Positions 27,674 through 59,890 of a stretch of DNA of 64,000 nucleotides are shown piece by piece. Source of the DNA: the human T2T-CHM13v2.0 reference genome, Homo sapiens; assembly GCF_009914755.1 (NCBI RefSeq), contig NC_060943.1, one strand, 5' to 3'. A program made the position numbers and the translations under genes. The notes under the pieces are model-generated. The model had not been told where the DNA came from. It saw only the letters and a program-made list of their open reading frames with translations, and searched no databases. Position 1 is the first letter of the stretch, and each line of letters starts with the position of its first letter.

Positions 27674-29794
27674 CTAGAGGACAGAGAGAGGGCGCTGCAG
27701 CAGAGCCAGGTGGGTGGGACCTTCGACAGGATCCCGGCGCCCTGAAACTCTAGGCCAGGTCACCTAAGTCTCCAGCCTCAGCTTCCTCATGTGTGAGGTG
27801 GTGACTGAGGGTGCTTGGATCTCCTCCGTGGGGCAGAGCATCTGAGGAAGGCAGGAACTCCAGGGCATCCTCATTATGGGACTAGACCCAGCCCCCAGGG
27901 ATGCGGGGGGGGGGGACTAGGCGACAGAGGACACTAAGTCACATTGGGGGTTGGGGCAGGCTTCCTAAAGGACAAAGCCAGAAGGGTTTCCTGGAGGAGG
28001 AGGAGGAGGTAGGAGAGGCGTGGAGCAGAGACCAGGGCAGTAGGCCAGGCTGGGGGCTCCCTGGCGGGGGGGGGCCTCCTATGCGCCACAACCACCCACA
28101 GCCCCTCATCTACCTGCCAGGAGGAAAACAGAAAGAGGGATTTCTGTGTATCCAGCCCCAGGGATGGGGAAGGGGAGGGGACTCCCCAGCAGGCCTGAGG
28201 CCAGAGATAGACCATGAGGACAAATGACATTTTCCATGAAGCCCCTGAGGTGGGAGCATGTGGCCACTGGGGAGGTGACAGGGGGTTCCCGGGAGATGAG
28301 GGCCCCAGGGACTGAGTGGACGCTACAGCGGCACCTCCAGTAATCCTGAGCAGGCTGCACGCAGGGCACGCCTGTCCCCACACCCTCTGTGTGCCTGGCG
28401 CCCCTTCACGCCACCCTCACCACAGGCCAGGCCTGGACGCAGCAGGTTGGTCAGGCCGGGACCCAACATTGATCCCTCCCTCTCTGTCTCCCTTGGGGAC
28501 CCCAGCTCTGTAAGCCCCGTTTAGGGAGCCGTTTCAGAGAACTTTCTAGCTGGACGAACGCTTGAGGAAATCAAAGCTGGAGCTTCAAACAGCAGGAGAG
28601 CCAAGGCCAGCAAGAGGAGCTGGCCCTGTGGCCCATGTGCTGGGTGCCAGGGGCCAGAGGCCAGCGCTGCAGGCAGCATAGCTCAGGCCCTCCACAGAGC
28701 CCGCTGGGAGGCTCAGTCGTGGGCCAGGGAGGTCTGGGGACAGGAGGACTGACCCCAACAGGAACTGGAATCACGGTCTACTCTGCAGACCTCAACCCCG
28801 TGAAGGTGGGGTCAGGGGTCCAGATTCAGAGGATCTAAGAGGTCAGGGCTCTCACCAGCCAGGGGCCACCAGGCCCTGTGGGGACAGAGGCCAGAGGCCA
28901 ACGCTGGCCTGGGCCACCAACCTCCCCTCTCACCAGGCAGGACCAGCTGTGCTAGGGTGCACAGCCTGGTGGGGGTTACTGCGAGGCTGCTATCTGCACT
29001 CCATGGCCCAGTGGCTTCCTGCAGAGCAGCCAGAGAAAACCCCCCACTTCCCTAGGTAGGACCCGACCCACTCTCTCAACAACCTTGACCCCAACTACTG
29101 GGAAGGAGCCAGGCCGGGGACCCCAGAGGCCCCACCCACCCTGAGATCCCCAAAGCTCCCTGCCTGGAGTACTATCCCTGCCCCTCCCTCGGGCTCACTC
29201 CTGACCACCTCGTGAGCCTGCACAGAATTGGCGCCTGGGGCCTTCCGGGGGCAGCCATGCCGTGCTGCAAGCCCCCAGGCTGGCACCTGAGCCCAGCACA
29301 CAGGCAGTGCCCATGGATGGCAGAAGCAAAGCCCAGGTCCCCCCGAGAACACAGAGCTGGGGACAGAGAGGTGAGGAAGGGCAGGGGCTACAGATGGCCC
29401 CTGGGCCTAACAAATGGAATTTTATGCCAATTCATCATCTCCGGTGGGGGCGGGCGACCTTGGCTCTGGATAGAGCCACGCCAGGTTCCAAGTGGAGTTG
29501 CCAGCGGCCTGGACAGATGGGCACCACCATACCCTCTCAGAGGGGAAACTGAGGCTTGGGGAGGTGACTTGATGTGCCCTGAGGACCGCCAGGAGGCGCA
29601 GTGAGAGGAGGGCTGAGTCCCAGGTCTCGGGGCTCCTCTGCCTGGGCCTCGGCTCATGGCCAAGGACCAGGAGGGGGGCCCGGGAGGGTTGGGAGGCTCC
29701 GAGGCAGCGCTGCAAGGGCAACCCCAAGAAGGAGGGATGCCACGTGTGGCTGTCTTCCCGCCCCAGGTACGTCCACTGGAGAGGGGAGACCCAC

Positions 29795-29978
29795 CTCGGC
29801 CAGCGCCGCCCATGCCGCGGCCTTTCTGCTGCTTCTGCTGCTGCAGGCCTCCGCGGCCGCGGCCCTTGGCCACCACCTCCTCCTTGACCATGTCGATGAT
29901 CTCGTCGGGGATGCGCAGGTACTTGATGGTGCTGCCGCGGATGTAGCACTCGGGCATCCGCCAGAACTTGTCCCCGTC
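29795..29978 (-). CDS. LSM4: LSM4 exon 4 ([26 protein letters not shown]...GGAGR), Sm2 motif and start of RG tail
   Basis: Acceptor ccttctccgcag, donor G|gtgggt, 184 nt; [10 protein letters not shown] Sm2 motif. Confidence 0.98.
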
Positions 29979-32720
29979 CTGCGGAGAAGGGGAGCAGGTT
30001 ATTAACTTACCACCGGGCCGTCTGGCCCAGCCCTGGGAGCGCGGGAGGCCCTGCAGATCCTGCCCAGCCTGCACCCCGTACCACCCCTGCAAGCTGCACA
30101 GTATCAGTCCCGGGACATACGTGGCAAAGGGTCCACCCTGCAGGCAGGATCTGTCCTGACCCCAGGCAATCCTTCACCCAGGAGCAAGGGTGGGTGTGGT
30201 AGGCGCAGCCCCCATTGTGCACTCACAAGGAAGACTGGCTCCTATCCTCTGCCCGTGGGCCTGGCTCAGGAGTGGCTGACTGGGGCTCCCTCCAGCCTGG
30301 GATGGGGCTCTCTCTGGTTGGGGTTCTTCACCTGCAGCCCAAAGCCCAGAGCGGGTGGGGGCCTCCCTGTGCACCAGACACAGCCGAAGCCCAGCTACTC
30401 CTCCTCCTGCCCCAGCCCCACCTCACTTCTGGAAGCCTCTCTACATGCCCTGACTCATTCATTCATCTAAGTATCTCCTGACAGGGCCTGCGCTGGGTGC
30501 AGGGACATGCGAGCAAGCTACAGGCCTAGTGTGGTGGGTGAAGAGGGGCGGGAAATGGGGGGACTTGGGTCCTGCCAGGGTGGCTCAAGGGCGGCTCCCA
30601 GCGATGCCAGTTTTAGGAGAGCTAACCAAGACTGGAGAAATGGGGGCCTTGCAAAGACACAGACTCATGCTGCAATGCCTCCGAGGCCCCCACTGGGACA
30701 GATCGAGGGATTAGCAGGGGCCAGGGCCATTCCTACCATATCAGTTTCCCAGCCCCGCCCCACCGCCCAGGTTCCTGGACAGACCCACGCACGACGCCTG
30801 GATGGCCTTTGCCCCCGATGCCCTTTAAAGTCAGATCACAGTATGTTCCAGCTTGGAACCCACCCAGGGCCCCCTCCAGCCTGGGGGCAAGGTCTAAGAA
30901 CCTCAGCAGGGCTCTCTAGGGCCCGAGATCCTGCCCCGCCCTGGCGGTCCTCTCCCAGCCCGACGACACTCCCTCCAGATGGAACTTTCTGTTTCCGGAA
31001 CACACGCCATGGGCTTGCCCCCAGAACTTTGCACGTGGTTTTCCCACTTCTCATCTGGCTAACTTTGACCCCAAAAGGCCTTACCTGCCCGAATCCCCAA
31101 GTCCTCCTGTCAGACACTCTCCTCCACACCTGGGTAGGTGTGGCCTGGCCTAGCGCTGGGCGGGGAGGAACAGCCCCTTTGGGTGCTCACTCTCCCAGGA
31201 ACCCCTCGAGGGCTCGTGGGGCGGACACACCATGGTTCTGTGGGGACTCAGGGCCTGGGCAGGTGACTTGGCGCCCAGCTCTCCCAGGCAGGGCCCAGAG
31301 GCTTCCTCGTGCAGGAACCTGGGCAGGGCCTGAGCTCACTGCAGGGAGGCCCCTGCCTCCTGCCCACAGCGCTCCAGAGGTCTCTCAGCCCGGGGTCTCT
31401 GCATCCTGCGGCCTGCCTCTGAGGGAGGGAGGGCCCCACTTAGATGGGGACGATGTGAGTTCCCATCGCCTCTCCTCCCAGCCACATGTGACGGCAGCAT
31501 CACCGCCTGGCCACAGAGGCAGGCTGCTCAGGGAAAGCCATCCGTCCACTCGAAGCTGGAGGCAGAGGCCAAACCAACCCCTGGAGACCACGCAGCCTCT
31601 GAATCAACAGGCTTCTCATGTCTAGGACCTGGAGGTGTCCACAAGACCGCACATGCTCACGCACGCAACACGCCTGGTGATTCCAATACCGGAAGTGGAC
31701 AGAGCCCCGCTGGCCGCAGATGGGAGGCACGCGGTTCTGCACCAAGGCACCATCCGACACAGCCAGACTGGACCCACCCAGACGCCCTCCGACAGGCTAT
31801 GGCACGAAACCCAGCAAGCAGTTTCTAGAGCTTCTAGCGCTGCTGCACAGCAGCCTCACCACCTGTCCCCACCCCGCCCAGCCCTGTGCTGATGAGAGGC
31901 CCAGTCCCGGGTGGGGGTGGCGGTCAGGGCAAGATACGGCCACTTCAGGAAGAAGCGCCTCCCCCCTCGAGCCCTGTTGTCCTGTCAAGGTGACCCCAGG
32001 CAGGCACTCCAAGCTCCCCAGCAGTTTCCTCCCTATACCATGGGGGGCTGTCACCCACAGGGAGACAAGACAGATGGGGTCAGGGAAGGTTGGTGGGAGG
32101 AGTCCAAGGGAGCCGCTGCCTTCAGCACCATCCCTGGCCTCCTCCTCAGTGCTCTGTGGGTCATCCCAGGGGCAGGGAAGGCCCGTGACACCAGGGGAAC
32201 CATCTTCCAGCCCCGGCCGACCCAGCAGCACTCCTAGCCAGGCACTTCCGGTCTTGGGCTCTGGCTGGTGGCTCCTGACCCACCGGGCCCTGGCGCTGCT
32301 CCTGCCCACCGTGACCTGGGCATCCCGGACATCCCAGGGCCACACTACCATGGCCCGCAGAGTGCAGGCAACATCCAGGCTGGACTAAAGGCAGCAGAGT
32401 CCGGGAGTCTTGGGCCTCCCCTGGAGGGGGCTGCCCCAGCCTGAGCCACAGGGAGTCCCCAGTCCTAGGTCCTTCCAGGTCAGGGGTGGCACCAACAGAC
32501 ACACAGCAGGAAAGTCTCCCACAGGGTCAAAGTCCAGGGCACACTGGGAGACTTGGTGGCCTAGCTCACCCTGCCCTGTCCCTCCTGACTGACCCCTGGA
32601 AGGACGAGCAGTCCTAGGCGGCCTCCCCCACTGACTCCTCCCATGAGGCCCAGGGAGGGAGGGAGGAGGCTGAGTGTGCACCCCCTGCATCCCACCCCCG
32701 TTGGTGGGTGCAGCACCCAC

Positions 32721-32819
32721 CCTGGACGTGCAGATGACTTCTCGCAGGTTAATGTTCATCCAGTTGTCGCAGCTCACCAGGTGTCCATTGTACGTCTCCC
32801 CATTTTTCAGCTCCACCAA
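32721..32819 (-). CDS. LSM4: LSM4 exon 3 ([33 protein letters not shown]), Sm1 motif
   Basis: Acceptor ctctcttctag, donor AGG|gtgggt, 99 nt, phase 0-0. Confidence 0.98.
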
Positions 32820-33054
32820 CTAGAAGAGAGACAGGCTAGAGGTTGGCTGTAGCCCTGGAGCCCTGCGCCATGGGCCCCTCAGGAGGTGTAGCTCTGCCCT
32901 GAGATGGACCACCACCTCCGGGCCTCAGCCCACAGTTCCCAGACCCCTAAATGGCCTTCCTTACAGGCGACAGGCTCTGCCTCCGCTAGACACTTCGCTG
33001 GCAGTTAGACAGTCTATCATGACGCCAACCTTTGTGCAATTAAAAAATGATACT

Positions 33055-40950
<7,896 letters not shown>

Positions 40951-41474
40951 TGCCAAGTGTGATAGGAGAGGCCCCACCCTGGTTTATGGAAGGTCACAAG
41001 AAAATTCAGAAAAGAGAATTCCTTTCTCTGGGCTTTCTTGGAGCATCTGGAATCTGGTTCTCAGGTCTAGATCCACGAGGACCTAAACCCAGTGCCTCCT
41101 AATTCAGGAAGCTGTCCAGGACTGCCCATCCCCGCTGCTAACCTAGGCCACTCCTTCTGGCCCTGCCCTGACGACAGGGAACTGGAAGTGTGTATCCTGT
41201 GATGGCTTGTCCATTCTCGGCTACTCCTCCAGGAAACAGCTGGACAGCCAGGACTCTGGATGTTCAGAAGGTGGGAAGGGGCTGAATGAATGAGTTCACA
41301 CTTTGCCCACGCACCGTTCTACATACTGGGAATCTAGTCGGAAGAAAAACGAAGATCCTGCTCCCACAAAACTTAACACAGGGATGGATCCTTCCAGCTC
41401 TGCCCAGTCTTACATGCCAACTCTGCCCTCTAAGTACACCGCAGAGAGGGACAGGCTCTCTGAATCCTTGCACT

Positions 41475-42214
41475 TGAAATCGCCTTTGCAAAAATTGTAG
41501 CGGGAAATTATGACAGTGAAAAGAGATCAGACCTAACCGACTCCATTGTGCTTCTAACCTTTACGCCATCTTTGCTTATTCCTAGGTATAGGCCAAACTA
41601 ACCTTGGGAAGGGATTTAGTTTATAGTTTGACTCTGGAACAAAATTGGTAATAGCCCTTTCCCGAAAAGACCCTCTTCTTGCCTGGGGACCAGTCTGCCT
41701 TTGTAGGACTAACAAATAAGCTACAAGATTAGAAATTACCATTTAGGTAACTTCAGCCTCTGGCTGCAAGAGTCTGAAACTCCCCAAATTGCTCCTTGGG
41801 ATAACATCACTATTATAAAATCTAAGATCAGTGCTTGAGATATTTTGCAGACCCCGTACTTGACGGATCAGCTGACACTACCCAGACCAGTAATCTGGCT
41901 CAACCAGTCCTGCGATCCCACCCAGGAACAGAAGACAGCAAGAAAACCTCACTTCAACACTCCCGTCGATGACTCCATCGACCTCAGGAAGCTCCAACCA
42001 ATCAGCACTCCCCACTTCCTGAGCCCCTACCCGCCAAATTATCTTTCAAAACTCGGATCCCCTAATGCTCAGCGGAGACTGATTTGAGCAATAATAAAAC
42101 TCTGGTCTCCTGCATAGCTGGCTCTGTGTGAAATACTCTTTCTCCACTGCAATTCCCCTGTCTTGATAAATCTGTCTAGGAAGACAGGCAAGGTGAACCC
42201 ATTGGGTGGTTACA
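41475..42214 (+). mobile_element. Solo ERV1 LTR, LTR8 family (LTR8A/8B-like)
   Basis: Begins TGAAATCGCCTTTGCAAAAATT and ends GGTGAACCCATTGGGTGGTTACA; internal AATAAA at about 42093; 4-bp TSD CACT (41471-41474 / 42215-42218). Family from recalled consensus. Confidence 0.85.
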
Positions 42215-42949
42215 CACTGACCAGCCGGATTTAGGGAGAGTTCTCACTAATCCACAGTTCTGATGCAGCCACCCCTGGGGGACCCTCCTGGTTACTGAAT
42301 CTCCCACTGTCTCACAGAGTCTGGAAGTCACATCCCCAACAAGGGCCTTGGTTTCTCTCATTGAAAAAAGAAGGACCAGAAGCTGATGGGCCAGGAAACT
42401 CCCAGCTCTGAATTCCTTTTCCGATCTGCACAGTGGGGGACACGGGCACTTTCTAGCCCAGATCCAGAACTTCCAGAATCATAAACAATGGGCCCTGCAG
42501 AGACCTGGGCCGCAATTTTTCCTTCTTTGTATTGGGAGGATGTACTTTGTCCACCCCTAGCTCAAAACGCCCCCTTCCGCTGGAATGACATGCTATGTGA
42601 CCCAAGGAGAAACACCACACCCCAGCACCAGGCCTGCTTTTCAGCCAGAAACCAAGAGGCCTAGGAGGCTGTGCTGCTAGCATCTTGCAAGCTCTGAAAT
42701 TCCTAAAACTAAGTTTCACAACTCAGACTGGCCCCCTACTTCCCAGCACTCTAGTTTTCAATCAGGGAGGTCAGACTGGGCCCGAAGCGTAAGGGACCCC
42801 TTCCCTGCCCAAAAACTCTCTGCTGCATTTGGCGGATCCCCACCTTTTTTTTTTTTACTTCAGTTTCCCCACCTGCAAACTGGGAAAACTAACTAAGGCG
42901 AGGCCACTGTACTGTGGATACAAGTCCGTGCAACCCTAAATCCCAGACA

Positions 42950-43560
42950 CGAACGTGATAGAGCCACCTGCAGTCTCCGGCCTCAGTTTCCCAGCCTCGT
43001 GCCGGGGGGCGGGACTCGAGGCTCGGACCTTACGTTCGCCCCGCGCCAACCAAGCCCACAGCGCCCGCCCGCAGGGATCCCAACGACTGCTGTTCCCGCC
43101 TCCCGGTGAGACCCCGCAGTTGCCCTGCCCTCACCATGGTGCCGGCGGGGACCGGGCTCGCCGGCCACTTCCGCCGCCGCCGCTGCACACGCTCCCGGCG
43201 GTCGTCGCCGCGCCGCGCGCCACTAAGCTGAAAGAAAGTGGCAGAGACGCAAGCCAGTCAGCACCGGGCTCGAAGGGCGGTCAACCAATCCACGCGGAGT
43301 AGGGCGGGGCCCGCTGGGCGAAAGGGCGGGGCGGGCCGTGTTCCCGCCGGAGGAACGAGGACGAGAGCCGTAAAGTGCCGCGGCTTGTAATGCAAAAGGA
43401 GGCGGAGCAACGCGCGCCGGCGCGGGGTGCATTGTGAGGAAATGCGTGCGCAGGTGAAACCTTCGTCGGTCTCCTGGGCTCCACGCTGTGGGCAAAGCCA
43501 GTTAATGCCTTTCGTTTGCAGTAGAGAGAGAGAAATCGAGGCTTCGTGGTGATTGGGCCG
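42950..43560 (-). promoter_or_regulatory. LSM4: LSM4 CpG-island, TATA-less promoter and 5' UTR
   Basis: CpG-dense. ETS-like ACTTCC at about 43167, CCAAT 43285-43289, GC boxes about 43302-43335, NRF1-like TGCGTGCGCA 43443-43452. Confidence 0.85.
43135..43137 (-). CDS. LSM4: LSM4 exon 1 coding part (initiator ATG only); U6 snRNA-associated Sm-like protein LSm4
   Basis: GGCACC ATG|gtgagg within a CpG island; joins exon 2 in frame to give MLPLSLLKTAQNHPM. Confidence 0.93.
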
Positions 43561-43873
43561 TGCCTGATGTTGCCCTTCCGACTCCTAGTTTTCTGATTCT
43601 GTAATTATCCAGGGAACATCATTTAATAGGTTGGAATCCTGACCACGACCCTCGGGGCCTCAGTTTGCTCCCTGTAAATAGTAGTGTCTGCTCCAAAACG
43701 TTGCTTACTGTAAGGATGAAATGAATGAAACCATGTAAAAGCACTTAAAACAGCGTCTGGCACATATTAAGTACTTATTACCTACTCTGTGCCTGTTTCT
43801 GCTCACAGAATGAACAAAACACAAAATTCGTGGCCCTCAGGGAGACAGACAGTAAACAAAGTAAATAGGCGAA

Positions 43874-53106
<9,233 letters not shown>

Positions 53107-53392
53107 TTACTCTGACAGAGCCAAAAGGACAGAGCCCTAACGCAGAGCCGTGTCGTCCCCATGAGCTCCAAATCTCCCTCCCTTCCAAGGCCACTCCTAT
53201 TAGCAACTGGCAAAGCCCAGAGAGGCTTGGAGCCCCCAGGGGCAGGATCTGAGCGCCGGTGCAGAGTCCATGAGTCCTGCCTTCCCCCACCTGGCTCCCT
53301 AGGGCTTGGGTTCAGGGTGGCCTTAGTCCTCAGAAGCTCCCCAAACTTCCCTGGGTTGTGGAGGTGGGAGGCTAGAGAAAAATGTAGCTTCT

Positions 53393-53690
53393 GCCCAGCG
53401 CAGCGATACACATCCGTGATCCCAACTACTCGGGAGGCTGAGGCAGGAGGATCACACGAGCCCAGGAGTTGTGGGCTGTAGCGCACTGTGCTGATTGGGT
53501 GTCCACATTAAGTCTGGCATCAATATGGTGACCTCCCGGAGCAGGGAACCACCAGGTTGCCCAAGGAGGGGTGAACCAGCCTAGGTTGGAAACGGAGATG
53601 GTCAAAACTCCAGTGCTGATCCGTAGCGGGATCATGCCTGTGACTAGCCACTGCACTCCAGCCTGGTCGACAGAGTGAGACCCTGTCTCT
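53393..53690 (+). pseudogene. RN7SL513P: Full-length 7SL (SRP) RNA retropseudogene
   Basis: Contains the S domain absent from Alus (GGCATCAATATGGTGACCTCCCGG...ACCACCAGGTTGCCCAAGGAGGGGTGAACC...GGAAACGGAG...GTCAAAACTCC), about 298 nt, followed by an A tail. Many substitutions. The number is from recall. Confidence 0.93.
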
Positions 53691-54234
53691 AAAAAAGATA
53701 AATTTTAGGCTGGGCGAGTGGCTTATGCCTGTAATCCCAGCACTTTGGGAGGCTGAGGCAGGCGGATCACTTGAGGTCAGGAATTCCAGACCAGTACGGT
53801 GAAACTCTGTCTCTACAAAAATACCAAAAAAAAAAAAATTAGCCAGGCGGTGAAACTCTGTCTCTACAAAAATACAAAAAAAAAAAAAAAAATTAGCCGG
53901 GCATGATGACCTGCGCCTGTGGCCCCACCTACTCCGGAGGCTGAGGCACAAGAATTGCTTATACCTGGGAGGTGGGGTGAGCCAAGATTGCACCACTGCA
54001 CTCCGGCCTGGGTGACTGAGCAAGATTCTCTCTAGAAAAAAAAAGAGATACATTTAAAAAATGCAGCTTGTTTTGCAAACCAACATCCAGCTTGGCAGGT
54101 TTTGCTCTATTTAGCATTTTTTTGTTTGTTTGGTTTTTTTTTAGATAGGTATTGCTCTGTTGCTCTGGCTGGTCTCACACTCCTGGCCTCAAGCAATCCT
54201 CCCACCTCACCTTCCCAAAGCGCTGGGATTACAG

Positions 54235-54625
54235 CAGGGGTCCCCAACCCCTGGGCTAAGGACTGGTACCAGTCTGTGGCCTGTTAGGAACCAGGCCGCA
54301 CAGCAGTAGGTGAGCAGCGGGCAAACCAGTGAAGCTTCATCTGTATTTACAGCCAGTACCCATCACTCCCCAGTATCTCCTGAGCTCCGCCTTCTGCCAG
54401 ACCAGCAGCAGCAGCATTAGATTCTCATAGGAGTGTGAACCCTATTGTGAACTGCACATGTGAGGGATCTAGATTGTGCACTCCTTATGATAATCTAATG
54501 CCTGATGATCTGAGGTGGAACAGTTTCATCCTGAAAACATCTTCATCCCCCCCAACCCCCAAGTGCATGGAAAAATTGTCTTCCATAAAACCAGTCCTTG
54601 GTGCCAAAAAGATTGGGGACTGCTG
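54235..54625 (+). mobile_element. MER1 (hAT-Charlie) non-autonomous DNA transposon
   Basis: TIRs CAGGGGTCCCCAA / TTGGGGACTGCTG; perfect 8-bp TSD GATTACAG (54227-54234 / 54626-54633); MER1 core CATTAGATTCTCATAGGAG. Confidence 0.92.
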
Positions 54626-54954
54626 GATTACAGGCATGAGCCTCTGCGTCAGGCTTCACAGCATTGTTTTTTGTTTGTTTGTTTTTTTGAGACAGACTCT
54701 CGCTCCGTTGCCCACGCTGGAGTTCAGTGGTGCGATCTCGGCTCACTGCAACCTCCACCTCCCAGATTCAAGCGATTCTCCTGCCTCAGCCTCCTGAGTA
54801 GCTAGGATTACAGGCATGCACCACCATGTCTGGCTGATTTTTGTATTTTTAGTAGAGATAGGGTTTCACCATGTTTGCCGGGCTGGTCTTGAACTCCTGA
54901 CTTCAAATGATCCACCCGCCTTGGCCTCCCAAAGTGGTGAGATTACAGGTGTGA

Positions 54955-55179
<225 letters not shown>

Positions 55180-55450
55180 TAGTAGAGACAGGGTTTCACC
55201 GTGTTAGCCAGGATGGTGTTGATCTCCTGATCTCGTGATCCGCCCGCCTCGGCCTCCCAAAGTGCTGGGATTACAGGCGTGAGCCACCGCGTGTGGCCTA
55301 TTTATTTATTCATTGAGACAGAGTCTCGCTCCGTCGCTCAGGCTGGAGCGGAGTGGTGCGATCTTGGCTCACTGCAATCTTTGCCGCCTGAATTCAAGCG
55401 ATTCTCCTGCCTCAGCCTCCAAAGTAGCTGGAATCACAGGCATGTGCCAC

Positions 55451-56617
55451 TGATACGGGAGTGCTGGGATGGGGGGAGCGTGGTGCCTTTAAATGATAGG
55501 GAAGGGAAGTGCGGGGTAAAGGAGGGCCTGGTCCCTGGCTAGGGCTCCACCCCCAGAGACCTAGGTGAGGATCCGCACTCCCGCCTTCGTGCCCAAATAT
55601 TGCATTTTCCAGGACCACACTGGCCCGCCACGCCCCCATCCTGTGCCTATAAAAACCCGAGACCCTAGCGGGCAGACACACAAGCTGCTGGACGTCTTGA
55701 CGTACACATCCATGGAAGAAGATACAAGTGGCTGGACAGCGAGAGGACGTCGAGGGAGCACGCTCGCGGAAGGGCACACTGGCATGCAGGCGGGTAGTCG
55801 ACCAGTGGAACTAGGCTGAGTTTGGCCTGGGCAGTCAGAGGAGAGCTGGGGCCGCCTAGCGACCCAACTCCAGAGAAAGACCATCTCCCTTCTCGCTCCC
55901 CCATCTACTGAGGGCTACTTCCACTCAATAAAACTTCATACTCATTCTCCAAGCCCAGGTGTGATCTCATTCTTCTGGTACACCAAGGCAAGAAACCCCA
56001 GGATACTAAAATCCCTCTGTCTGGGCTGGGCGCAGTGGCTCATGCCTGTAATCCCAGGACTTTGGGAGGCCTAGGTGGGTGTATCACTCAAGGTCAGGAG
56101 TTTGAGACCAGCCTGGCCAACATGGTGAAACCCCATATCTACTAAAAATAAAAAAAATTAGCCAGGTAAGGGTGCGGTCACCTGTAGTCCTAGCTACCTG
56201 GGAGGCTGAGGCAGGAGAATCACTTTGAACCCGGGAGGCGGAGATGGCAGTGAACCAAGATCAAGCCACTGCACTCCAGCCTAGGGGACAGAGCGAGAGT
56301 CTGTCTCAAAAAAAAAAAAAAAGAAAAGAAAAGAAAAAAAGAAAAGAAATCCCTCTGTCCTTGTGACAAGGTAGAGGATCTAACTGAGCTGGTAAGCTGC
56401 CTATAGATGGCAAACTAAAAAAAGCAACCTGTAACACACGCCCCCTGGGGCTTCAGGAGCTGTAAACATTCACCCCGGACACTGCTGTGGGGTCAGAGTC
56501 CCACAGCCTGCCCATCTATATGCTCCCCTAGAGGTCTGAGTAGAGGAGCACTTCAGAAGCAAGCCACACCCCCATCGCCCACCCTGCGAGGGGAACAAGG
56601 GAACCTTTCCCGTTTCA
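55451..56617 (+). mobile_element. Solo ERV1 LTR (LTR27/LTR28/MER52 group) containing an Alu (56024-56346)
   Basis: TG...CA termini (TGATACGG...CCGTTTCA), TATAAAA at about 55648, AATAAA at about 55927, 4-bp TSD CCAC (55447-55450 / 56618-56621). Subfamily uncertain. Confidence 0.85.
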
Positions 56618-59890
<3,273 letters not shown>

